Source: a bacterium (GTDB lineage: Bacteria; Patescibacteriota; Minisyncoccia; 2-02-FULL-40-12; IGHO2-12-FULL-4). Taken from it: a stretch of 64,000 nt of DNA. The translations under genes and the position numbers were made by a program. The notes below the pieces were generated by a model. That model was not told the origin of the DNA, did no database searches, and saw only the letters and a list, made by a program, of their open reading frames with translations. Positions 28,668-37,034 of the stretch are shown piece after piece. Each line of letters begins with the position of its first letter. Position 1 is the stretch's first letter. The stretch is from assembly GCA_030647955.1 (NCBI GenBank), contig JAUSIQ010000038.1:421-64420 (forward strand), read 5' to 3'.

Positions 28668-29057
28668 ATGGATAAAGTAGAGAAAACTGAAGAAGAGTGG
28701 GAAAAAGAATTAAGCCCCGAAGAGTTTAATATCTTGCGGCGCAAAGGAACAGAGGCGCCATTTACGGGGGAGTATTGGAACGATCACGAGAAGGGAACAT
28801 ACAAATGCCGGGCTTGCGGTTTAGAACTTTTTTCCTCGGAAACTAAATTCGATTCCGGCACAGGCTGGCCAAGTTTTACTGATCCCATGAACAGGGAAAA
28901 CGTGGAATTAAAATTGGATACAAGTCACGGCACGCAAAGAGTAGAAGTACTTTGCAAGCGCTGTGGTTCTCATCTGGGTCATGTTTTTGAAGACGGTCCG
29001 GCTGACAAAGGCGGTAAAAGATTCTGCATTAATTCCTGTGCGCTGAAGAAGGAATAA
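28668..29057 (+). CDS. msrB: Peptide methionine sulfoxide reductase MsrB
   Basis: CRACGLELFSSETKFDSGTGWPSF ... RVEVLCKRCGSHLGHVFEDGP (SelR motifs). Confidence 0.85.
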   Translation: MDKVEKTEEEWEKELSPEEFNILRRKGTEAPFTGEYWNDHEKGTYKCRACGLELFSSETKFDSGTGWPSFTDPMNRENVELKLDTSHGTQRVEVLCKRCGSHLGHVFEDGPADKGGKRFCINSCALKKE

Positions 29058-29060
29058 ATA

Positions 29061-29089
29061 TTGACATAACATTCTCAAAGTGTTATTAT
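29061..29089 (+). promoter_or_regulatory. Sigma70-like promoter (TTGACA-17-TATTAT with TG extension)
   Basis: -35 at 29061-29066, -10 at 29084-29089. Confidence 0.5.
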
Positions 29090-29122
29090 CTGCCAAGCTA
29101 TTTGATTTGAAGAGGAGCTTCT

Positions 29123-29374
29123 ATGAAAGCTTTCGTGTTGCAATATTACCACACAGGGGTGGCGGTAGGCAGAAGAATAAACTCTTTGGTTATGATTGCC
29201 GAATCGGAAAGCGTTGCTCTTGGGAAATTAGGTGCCAAAAAAACGGCTTGTCACCAGGTGCTAATCCCGGAGGACCTATCTAATAAATTAGGGATCCCGG
29301 TTGCTTTAAGAAAGACCATTATCCTTAGTGAGGTGCCGCTTTTTTCTTCTGATGAAAATTGCGACCGCTGCTAG
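29123..29374 (+). CDS. Hypothetical protein
   Basis: 83-aa ORF downstream of a canonical promoter, SD GAGGAG. No recognisable motif. Confidence 0.35.
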   Translation: MKAFVLQYYHTGVAVGRRINSLVMIAESESVALGKLGAKKTACHQVLIPEDLSNKLGIPVALRKTIILSEVPLFSSDENCDRC

Positions 29375-29383
29375 GAGGAGGCC

Positions 29384-29779
29384 ATGGCTAAAATTCCTGA
29401 AGATTTAACTGGATTTATCGAGGCTCCTTTTAGTGAGACTATCGGGCTATTGAAGGAAGCGACCCCAAAAGAGCTGGAAGAAAGTTTTGTTCGCTTCTTT
29501 GCTTTAATCAACGAAAAAGTTTTATTTCTTATACGAGAAGGATCTCGTCATGAAGTGAGGCATGCGGCGTTACTACTCGGCTCCTTTTTGGTCAATAGGG
29601 TTGGTAGGAATTTAGTACGTTATTCTCCTCATATATTTGGTAAGCTGGAAGCATATTATAATTTGCTTAGCCTAGCCTCTACTAAGAATGACGCGGCCGC
29701 TATCCCTTCGATTATCAAAGATGATCATAGTGTTCGTATCCAGGTCTTAATTCTGGCCCCGGAAAATCTATACGTCTAA
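29384..29779 (+). CDS. Hypothetical protein
   Basis: 131-aa ORF, SD AGGAGGAGG. No recognisable motif. Confidence 0.4.
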   Translation: MAKIPEDLTGFIEAPFSETIGLLKEATPKELEESFVRFFALINEKVLFLIREGSRHEVRHAALLLGSFLVNRVGRNLVRYSPHIFGKLEAYYNLLSLASTKNDAAAIPSIIKDDHSVRIQVLILAPENLYV

Positions 29780-29785
29780 AACCAA

Positions 29786-29805
29786 GCGGGCAATGCCCGC
29801 TTTTT
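29786..29805 (+). terminator. Rho-independent terminator
   Basis: GCGGGCA-a-TGCCCGC followed by TTTTT. Confidence 0.6.
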
Positions 29806-29815
29806 GCTTGCTCAA

Positions 29816-29844
29816 TTGACCGCAAACCCTTTAAATGCTATACT
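29816..29844 (+). promoter_or_regulatory. Sigma70-like promoter (TTGACC-17-TATACT)
   Basis: -35 at 29816-29821, -10 at 29839-29844, upstream of typA. Confidence 0.5.
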
Positions 29845-29890
29845 TATCTTCTCGTTGCCTATTTAGATGGCTGGCGGCGGGATTTTTTTT

Positions 29891-31705
29891 ATGGAAATTA
29901 GAAATATTGCTATCATTGCGCATGTGGATCACGGGAAAACGACCTTAACTGACGCTATTATGCGCCAGACCGGTGCGTTTGAGGAAGGTATGAGTATGGA
30001 TTCTAACGCGCTCGAAAAAGAGCGTGGCATTACCATTTAAGCCAAAAACTACTAGATTAATTACAAGGGCTCAAAAATCATCATCGTGGATACCCCCGGA
30101 CACGCCGATTTCGGCTCCGAGGTAGAGCGGGTGTTGCGTTCGATTGATTCGGTGTTGCTGGTGGTGGACGCTCAAGAGGGTCCGATGCCGCAAACCCGTT
30201 TCGTTTTAAAAAAATCTTTGGAACTCGGCTTAAAGCCGATGGTTATTATTAATAAAATTGATAAACCGGCCGCCGATCCGGCGCGGACCGAAGAACAGGT
30301 CTTGGAACTTTTTATGGATCTTGGCGCCAACGACGAACAGCTTAATTTCACCGTGGTCTACGCCATTGGCCGTGAAGGAACCGCCAAAATGAATTTAGCG
30401 GATGAGGCCAAGGACTTAAGTCCTTTGCTCGACGCCATCTTGAAAGAAGTGCCCATCGCTTCTATAAAAGCAGACGAGCCCCTGCGTGCTCAACCTTTTA
30501 ACTTGGGTTATGATAATTTTTTGGGCCGTTTGGCGATTGCCCGTATTTACGAAGGAGGAATTAAAACCGGACAAACCGTTTATGTTAAGACTCCCCGCCA
30601 AAATGCAGACAATTTAGGCGGGCAAGCCGATGCGTTAGTACGTACGGGCAAGATCGTTAAGCTTTTCACTTTTAAAGGATTATCGCGGCAAGAAGTGGCC
30701 GAAGCGGGAGTGGGGGACATTGTGATGATCGCCGGCTTACCCGACATTTACATCGGAGAAACGATTTGTGCTTCTGCTGAACAAGAAGCTTTACCGGCTA
30801 TTAAAGTGGATGAGCCCACCATCGTTTTAAATTTTTTGGTTAACAACTCTCCTTTCGCCGGACGTGAAGGAAAATTTGTCACTACTCGTCAGATTCGCGA
30901 ACGTTTGGAAAAAGAACTGGAAATTAATGTGGGATTAAAGATTGATTTTTCCGGCGGCGATCGTTTTAAAGTTTTCGGACGCGGAGAATTACACATCGCT
31001 ATTTTACTTGAAAACATGCGTCGTGAAGGATATGAACTGCAGGTTTCCCAGCCCCACGTTATTATCAAAGAAGAAGACGGGGTCAAAACCGAACCATTTG
31101 AAGAAATTACCATTGATGTGCCCAGTGAATTCCAGGGAGCGGTCATCGAAAGACTTGGTCAGCGCGCGGCGCGAATGGTGAACATGAAAATTCATCACAA
31201 TACGGTGCGTTTAATATTCGAAGGACCGACTCGCGGCATTTTAGGTTATCGCGGGCAGTTTATCGTGGATACCAAAGGCGAGGGAATTTTCGCTAGCCAG
31301 GTGCTTGGTTTTCGTCCGTATGCCGGAGAAATTACCAAACGGGCCGTCGGTTCGATGGTTTCGATGATCACCGGTAAAGCTTCGGCTTTCTCTCTGTGGA
31401 ATTTGCAGGAGCGTGGCACTTTATACATTTTGCCCAATACGGAAGTATATGAAGGGATGGTGGTGGGTAATACTTCCAAAGGAGAAGAGATGGCTGTTAA
31501 TCCGATCAAAGGCAAACAGCTCACTAACGTACGCTCCGCCTCCAACGATGAAAATATTATGCTTGAGCCGCCATTCCTCATGACCATCGAACGCGGTTTA
31601 GAAATCATGGGTGAGGATGAGTATCTGGAAGTCACTCCTAAAAATACTCGTCTCCGCAAAGAATTTTTAACAGAAGCAGAGCGTTCTCGAACAAAAAAGT
31701 CCTAA
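29891..31705 (+). pseudogene. typA: GTP-binding protein TypA/BipA, interrupted by two in-frame stops (TAA 30038-30040, TAG 30053-30055)
   Basis: [24 protein letters not shown]...[35 protein letters not shown], then about 540 uninterrupted codons of BipA homology. The stops replace the conserved L and the T/A/S position of the RGITIL-AKNTA-INYK segment. Confidence 0.7.
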
Positions 31706-31722
31706 CCAGGACTTTTTTGTTT

Positions 31723-32427
31723 CTACTTTAATCCTAAACTTTTCAAAAAGTTTTCGAGTTCGAGGCCGGTGATTTCACGAAAGTCGCCGGCTTTTAATTT
31801 GCCGATAACGAGGTTCATAATGCGGGTGCGGAAAATGTCGCTGGTGGTGTAGCCGAAAGACGAGGCCATGCGGCGGATTTGGTGCTTCTTGCCTTCGGTT
31901 AAAACAATTCTAAATTCTTGCGGGCCGATTTGAGTGACCTTGGCGGGCTTGGTGCGGTAGTCTTCGATCTGCACTCCTTGCGCCAGGTTTTTTATAAAAT
32001 GAGCGGTGAGGGGTTTATTAACTTTTACTTGGTATTCTTTTTCGTGAAAGCGAGAAGGGCTTAAAAGTCTTTCGACAATACGGCCGTCGTCGGTGAGGAC
32101 GATCAAACCGCGAGAGTCTTTATCAAGGCGACCGACAGGAAAGACACGTTGCTTGAGTTTTAAAATGTCCGCGATTTCTTTTTCTTCGCCTTGAGGACTG
32201 TGAGTGATAATGCCGCGAGGTTTAAAGTATAAAAAATAGGAGTACTGTTTTTTCTGAGCGCGATTAATGGTTACGCTAACAACGTCCTTCTCTTGGACGA
32301 TGTCGCCAACAATGGCGAGACGATCATTAATTTTTACGCACTTTTTTTCGATCAACTCGTCTGCCTGGCGTCGAGTAGCGTAGCCTTTGAGCGCGAGATA
32401 TCTGTTAATGCGAATAGGGAAAACCAT
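31723..32427 (-). CDS. RsuA/RluB-family pseudouridine synthase (S4 domain plus PseudoU_synth_2)
   Basis: N-terminal S4 RINRYLALKGYATRRQADELI, catalytic GRLDKDSRGLIVLTDDG. Confidence 0.75.
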   Translation of the reverse strand: MVFPIRINRYLALKGYATRRQADELIEKKCVKINDRLAIVGDIVQEKDVVSVTINRAQKKQYSYFLYFKPRGIITHSPQGEEKEIADILKLKQRVFPVGRLDKDSRGLIVLTDDGRIVERLLSPSRFHEKEYQVKVNKPLTAHFIKNLAQGVQIEDYRTKPAKVTQIGPQEFRIVLTEGKKHQIRRMASSFGYTTSDIFRTRIMNLVIGKLKAGDFREITGLELENFLKSLGLK

Positions 32428-32480
32428 TTCTATATTCTACATTATTTATATAATCTTGGCAATGGTGGTTTTGAGTATTA

Positions 32481-32503
32481 GAAAAGGGGAGTGGGGACTC
32501 CCC
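32481..32503 (-). terminator. Rho-independent terminator (minus strand)
   Basis: On the minus strand, GGGGAGT-cccc-ACTCCCC followed by TTTT. Confidence 0.45.
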
Positions 32504-32522
32504 TTTGTCGGCAACGGCGCCG

Positions 32523-32723
32523 TCATTCGGCGATAAACTCGCCGTGCGACTTGCACTTCGCCGTTCTTCCAAACAGCTTCGTTCGGAAGGTACCGAGGTT
32601 GTGGTTGCAACGCCGGCACAGTGGGTAGCGCCGCAAATCGTACGGCAACATCACCCCGATGATCCCGAACGAAATAACTATCGACATAAGATAAGCCCAT
32701 CCGAAGACAATCATTATCTGCAT
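32523..32723 (-). CDS. Small membrane protein with a C-terminal Cys/His cluster
   Basis: GGGAGGA SD 6 nt upstream of the ATG. One TM helix, then CRRCNH..(15)..CKSH. Confidence 0.4.
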   Translation of the reverse strand: MQIMIVFGWAYLMSIVISFGIIGVMLPYDLRRYPLCRRCNHNLGTFRTKLFGRTAKCKSHGEFIAE

Positions 32724-32827
32724 GTCAATCCTCCCACGCTACTATAATTATAGCATATTTAATGAACAAAAGTCAAATGTACTTATGGCAGTATTTGCAT
32801 TTCAATATAACCTGCTAAAATAGGTGG

Positions 32828-33151
32828 ATGGCGGAATTCAAAACTTTATTAAAAAGAGCGGAGAAAGTTAAGTTTAAATACGAGGAGTTGAATCGGCGAA
32901 AAGGCCAGGTTTCTTGGCGAGCGCCGGAGTATGCCCAAGGTTTGGTGGGGGATGCGGCCGACCTCATTAAATTCGTTTTAGCCTACAAAAAATCCAAGAA
33001 GAAGAAAGAAATGGATAAAAAAATCCGTCACGAATTGGCCGACTGTCTATGGTCCATGATGGCAGTGGCGCTCGAACTTGATATAGATTTGGAAAAAGAA
33101 TTTTTGTTAAATTTAGAATATTTAGAACAGAAACTTACGGAGGAAGAATAA
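32828..33151 (+). CDS. MazG-like nucleotide pyrophosphohydrolase (small type)
   Basis: EYAQGLVGDAADLIKFVL ... IRHELADCLWSMMAVALELDIDLEKEF, the MazG helix-pair signature. Confidence 0.6.
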   Translation: MAEFKTLLKRAEKVKFKYEELNRRKGQVSWRAPEYAQGLVGDAADLIKFVLAYKKSKKKKEMDKKIRHELADCLWSMMAVALELDIDLEKEFLLNLEYLEQKLTEEE

Positions 33152-33152
33152 C

Positions 33153-33926
33153 ATGTCGCAATATTATAACCCCAGACGAACCAGAAATGTTTTTAAAGCC
33201 AACTCGGACGAGCCGTTTCGTTTGAGTCGCTCAAAAATCGATCTTTTTTTAAACTGTGCACGGTGTTTTTATCTGGACCGGCGTTTGGGAGTAGGTCAGC
33301 CACCCGGGTTTCCGTTTAGTCTAAATTCAGCCGTAGATCATCTTTTAAAGAAAGAATTTGATACGCATCGAAGCAAGGGCACACCCCATCCGCTAATGGT
33401 TTCTCATGGCATTGAGGCGGTTCCTTTCGCGCATAGCCAGTTAGATGAGTGGCGAGATTCTTTGCGTCGGGGAATCACTTATCATCATCCCGAAACGAAC
33501 CTGGTTATTACCGGAGGAGTGGACGATTTATGGGCAAATCCGCAGGGAGAAATTATGGTAGTGGACTATAAGGCGACTTCCAAAGATGGCGAAGTTTCGC
33601 TGGATGCGGATTGGCAGATTGGTTACAAGCGGCAGATGGAAATTTACCAGTGGCTTTTCAGAAAGAATAACTTTAAAGTTTCACCGGTGGGATATTTCGT
33701 GTATTGTAATGGGCAGACGAATCGCGAAATGTTTGATAGTAAATTAGAGTTCACCGTTAAGGTTATTCCTTACAAAGGCGACGACACTTGGGTGGAAGGG
33801 GCGATTAAGAATGCTCATGCTTGCTTGAGTAAAGACACTCTTCCGAAGGCCTCCCCCAATTGTGATTTTTGTGCTTACTTTGGTGCGCGACGCGATGTGG
33901 ATTATCAAGAATCTCTTAATATATAG
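33153..33926 (+). CDS. PD-(D/E)XK nuclease with a 4-Cys cluster (Cas4/RecB-like, DUF83-type)
   Basis: N-terminal C..C (NCARCFY), core [11 protein letters not shown] (D..DYK), C-terminal CDFCAY. The start is 2 nt after the MazG-like stop. Confidence 0.55.
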   Translation: MSQYYNPRRTRNVFKANSDEPFRLSRSKIDLFLNCARCFYLDRRLGVGQPPGFPFSLNSAVDHLLKKEFDTHRSKGTPHPLMVSHGIEAVPFAHSQLDEWRDSLRRGITYHHPETNLVITGGVDDLWANPQGEIMVVDYKATSKDGEVSLDADWQIGYKRQMEIYQWLFRKNNFKVSPVGYFVYCNGQTNREMFDSKLEFTVKVIPYKGDDTWVEGAIKNAHACLSKDTLPKASPNCDFCAYFGARRDVDYQESLNI

Positions 33927-33928
33927 GT

Positions 33929-34390
33929 ATGATTAAAGTTGGACAATTAGCGCCGGATTTTTCTTTGCCGGATCAAAATGGAAAAGAGCATAAGCTTTCT
34001 GATTACAGAGGGAAGTGGGTTTTGTTATATTTTTATCCGAAAGACGATACGCCGGGATGTACGAAAGAAGCCTGTGCGATTCGCGATAACCTACCTGATT
34101 TTAAAAAGCTAAAGACGGTGGTTTTGGGCGTGAGTGCGGATAGTGTTAAAAAACACGCCAAGTTCGCGGAAAAATACGAGCTGTCTTTTACGCTGTTGGC
34201 GGATGAGGATAAGAAGGTGGTTAAGCAGTACGAGGTGTGGGATGAAAAGAAGTTCATGGGCCGCACCTATTTCGGTATTTTGCGCACCTCTTTTTTGATC
34301 GATCCGCAGGGTAAAATAGCCAAAATCTACGAGAAAGTTAAGCCAGAGATTCACGCCGAAGAAGTGCTTCAGGATCTACGTAGCCTTTGA
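33929..34390 (+). CDS. bcp: Peroxiredoxin Bcp (AhpC/TSA family)
   Basis: [19 protein letters not shown] peroxidatic Cys motif. Confidence 0.8.
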   Translation: MIKVGQLAPDFSLPDQNGKEHKLSDYRGKWVLLYFYPKDDTPGCTKEACAIRDNLPDFKKLKTVVLGVSADSVKKHAKFAEKYELSFTLLADEDKKVVKQYEVWDEKKFMGRTYFGILRTSFLIDPQGKIAKIYEKVKPEIHAEEVLQDLRSL

Positions 34391-34415
34391 CATCTAGACC
34401 TCTTTCTGCTATAAT
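34387..34415 (+). promoter_or_regulatory. Sigma70-like promoter (TTGACA-17-TATAAT)
   Basis: -35 at 34387-34392, -10 at 34410-34415. It gives a structured leader of about 130 nt before the helicase ATG. Confidence 0.55.
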
Positions 34416-34553
34416 GGATAGATAATATAAAGCTGCTTATTGCAGCACGGGATCCCAGTACCATCCTCAAGGAGGAGCTACGGGACAGGCTCGAAACCTC
34501 AACTGCGTCACTCCATCTAATGTATTGACCCTGTAGGCTCTCGGGTCAAATAT

Positions 34554-35942
34554 ATGACAGAAAAACATATGGCCGAAGCGGCCACTAGTTTCTACGGATT
34601 GGGCATTGCTCCTCGTCTGTTGGAAATTCTTGATAGTTTAAGCTTTAAAGTACCGACTCCTATTCAGCACAAGGCTATTCCCTTGGCGATTGAAGGAAAG
34701 GATGTCATCGGTATCGCGCAAACCGGAACAGGAAAAACCCTGGCTTTTGGTGTGCCCATGCTTCAGCGCATCGGTCAAACGAAGGGTAAGGGATTGGTAG
34801 TTTTGCCCACTCGTGAGCTGGCATTGCAGGTAGATGAAACCATCCAAAAGATCGGACGATCTTTTGGAGTGAGAACGGCCGTGCTGATTGGCGGTGCTTC
34901 GATGGATCAACAGTTGAGAATGTTGAATAAAAACCCACACGTCATCATTGGTACTCCCGGACGTATTTTGGATCACCTCGAACACAAATCGATTGATTTA
35001 CAGGAAACCAAAATCTTAGTTTTAGACGAGGCGGACCGCATGCTCGATATGGGCTTTGCTCCGCAGATCAAGCGCATTTTGCAAGGTGTCTCTAAAGAGA
35101 GACAAACTTTGTTGTTCTCGGCGACGATGCCGAATGACATTATGCGCATCGCTAACACTTATATGAAGTTACCTCTGCACATTGAGGTAGCGCCTTCGGG
35201 AACGGCAGCGGAACTCGTAGAACAGGAGTTGTTTGTGGTGACCAGAGATCAAAAATTACGCTTACTCGATAAGCTCTTGTCTGAATATCGTGGCACGGTG
35301 TTGATTTTCTCTCGCACCAAATTTGGCGCGAAAAAAATTACGCGGGCAGTATTGGGGATGAAACACACTGCGTCCGAGATTCACTCCAACCGTTCTCTGG
35401 CGCAACGCAAAGATGCTTTAGGGGGATTCAAGAACGGAAAATATCGCGTCTTAGTGGCGACGGACATCGCCGCGCGTGGTATTGATGTAAAAGATATTGA
35501 GGTGGTTATTAACTTTGATATTCCTGAGCACGCCGAAGACTATGTGCATCGCATTGGTCGTACCGGCCGAGCGGGAAGTAAGGGGCGCGCCATTACTTTC
35601 GCCACTCCCGAACAGGGTCAAGAAGTGCGTGATATTCAAAAGATCATTCGCACCTGGATTCCGATTACCAAATTACCGGATCTGCCGGCCCAGAGACCGA
35701 TGGCTTACATTCCTCCGGACGCAGAACCGTTTAGACGCGGTGCTCCTTCCGGGCGACCTTCTTATGGAAATCGTCCTCAAGGGCGACCACCTTTTCGTGG
35801 CTCTCGTCCTTCCGGACCAAGGGGCGGCTCTCGTCCGCGAAAACCTTTTCGTCCCACGCGCGACTCTGAAAATTCAGAAAAGCGCGAAGGCTCTGCCGGC
35901 GCCTTCTGGATTCAAAAAACTCCTCCTCGTGACGATCTCTAA
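34554..35942 (+). CDS. DEAD-box ATP-dependent RNA helicase with an RG-rich C-terminal tail
   Basis: Q motif, AQTGTGKTLAF, PTRELA, VLDEADRMLDMGF, SAT, HRIGRTGRAG. C-terminus RPQGRPPFRGSRPSGPRGGSRPRKPFRP. Confidence 0.85.
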   Translation: MTEKHMAEAATSFYGLGIAPRLLEILDSLSFKVPTPIQHKAIPLAIEGKDVIGIAQTGTGKTLAFGVPMLQRIGQTKGKGLVVLPTRELALQVDETIQKIGRSFGVRTAVLIGGASMDQQLRMLNKNPHVIIGTPGRILDHLEHKSIDLQETKILVLDEADRMLDMGFAPQIKRILQGVSKERQTLLFSATMPNDIMRIANTYMKLPLHIEVAPSGTAAELVEQELFVVTRDQKLRLLDKLLSEYRGTVLIFSRTKFGAKKITRAVLGMKHTASEIHSNRSLAQRKDALGGFKNGKYRVLVATDIAARGIDVKDIEVVINFDIPEHAEDYVHRIGRTGRAGSKGRAITFATPEQGQEVRDIQKIIRTWIPITKLPDLPAQRPMAYIPPDAEPFRRGAPSGRPSYGNRPQGRPPFRGSRPSGPRGGSRPRKPFRPTRDSENSEKREGSAGAFWIQKTPPRDDL

Positions 35943-36079
35943 ACCGCCTTCGGCGGTTTTTTGATGTAAGAAGCTACTCTCCGCTTCGTCATAATAAGAA
36001 AGCTATGGGCCGCCAAATGGGCGAGCCTCGCTAAAGGCGGGTCGAGGGCTTATTTATTAATCCTTTAATATTAAAATAT

Positions 36080-36553
36080 ATGAATAAAACACTATTAGGG
36101 TCAGTACTAGGTTTGGCGGTGGTTTTTACGGCAGTGGCGCCGGCATTTGCTCATAAGAATAATGATCGAGATGATGATAAGAAGATGCCGCGTGTTTCCG
36201 TTGCTCCAGTCGTGTTAACTGTAGAACAGAAAACTTGTATGATTAACGCCGTTGATAAAAGAGAAACGGCGCTGATTACGGCTTTGGACAAGTTTCATGC
36301 TTCCACTAAGACCGTGTTGGAAGTCAGAAAAGAAGCTTTAAAGAAAGCTTGGAATTTGAGCGATGAGAAGGAACGCCAGACAGCGATCAAAGCCGCATGG
36401 AATACTTTCAAGGAATCGATCAAAAAGGCTGGTAAAGAATTAAAAGAAGCTCGAAAGTCGGCTTGGAGGCAATACGAAGTCGACCGCAAAGCTTGTAATG
36501 TGAGTGCTTGGGATATTCGCGTAAAAGATTTTCACCAGTTTCATATCTGGTAG
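36080..36553 (+). CDS. Secreted hypothetical protein
   Basis: Signal peptide ending APAFA. Charged, helical body. Confidence 0.4.
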   Translation: MNKTLLGSVLGLAVVFTAVAPAFAHKNNDRDDDKKMPRVSVAPVVLTVEQKTCMINAVDKRETALITALDKFHASTKTVLEVRKEALKKAWNLSDEKERQTAIKAAWNTFKESIKKAGKELKEARKSAWRQYEVDRKACNVSAWDIRVKDFHQFHIW

Positions 36554-36558
36554 AAAGA

Positions 36559-36586
36559 AGAAAACCACCCTGCGGGGTGGTTTTCT
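36559..36586 (+). terminator. Hairpin terminator. Its core is shared with the terminator at 40493.
   Basis: AGAAAACCACCC-tgcg-GGGTGGTTTTCT. Confidence 0.5.
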
Positions 36587-36716
36587 TGATGTGGATAACT
36601 TGGTCATGTATTTAATAAGGTCTTGGAGATATAATAAAGTAGTAAAACTTTAAATAACTAACGACAGGCTAGTCAGTGTTCAGCACTGATAAGTTATTCG
36701 TTAATAGTTACCTCGT

Positions 36717-36983
36717 ATGGAACATCGGCTAAGTACTATTTGGGTGGCGATTATTGTCACTATTGTCCTAGTGGGAGGATTGGTCGTGGGTTTTTGGATA
36801 GGGGACCAGAAAGGATACGCTAGGGCAGAGGCGGACGTTAAGAAAGTGCAAGAAGAAGCGGGGAAAAAAGCGGCGGAAGATGCGGCCAAGGCTGCTAATC
36901 CTTTCCAGGCCGCCAATCCTTTGGAAGGGGTCGAAGCCAATCCTTTTGAGAAGACTAAGAGCATCCTTAATCCCTTCAAGTAG
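36717..36983 (+). CDS. Small membrane-anchored hypothetical protein
   Basis: 88 aa with an N-terminal TM helix. No SD, so uncertain. Confidence 0.3.
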   Translation: MEHRLSTIWVAIIVTIVLVGGLVVGFWIGDQKGYARAEADVKKVQEEAGKKAAEDAAKAANPFQAANPLEGVEANPFEKTKSILNPFK

Positions 36984-37034
36984 TCTTATGGGCTCTGCAC
37001 TTTACGGTATAGCCGAGGCAGGGCCTTTTCACTT

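Noticed and set aside
29891-31705. Stop-codon reassignment (TAA/TAG as sense) to explain the typA in-frame stops
   Set aside because: Dozens of other genes in the window terminate cleanly at TAA or TAG exactly where homology ends, for example the GT4 at 1505-1507 and lepA at 9403-9405. A genome-wide reassignment is therefore not supported. A pseudogene or a sequencing error is more likely.
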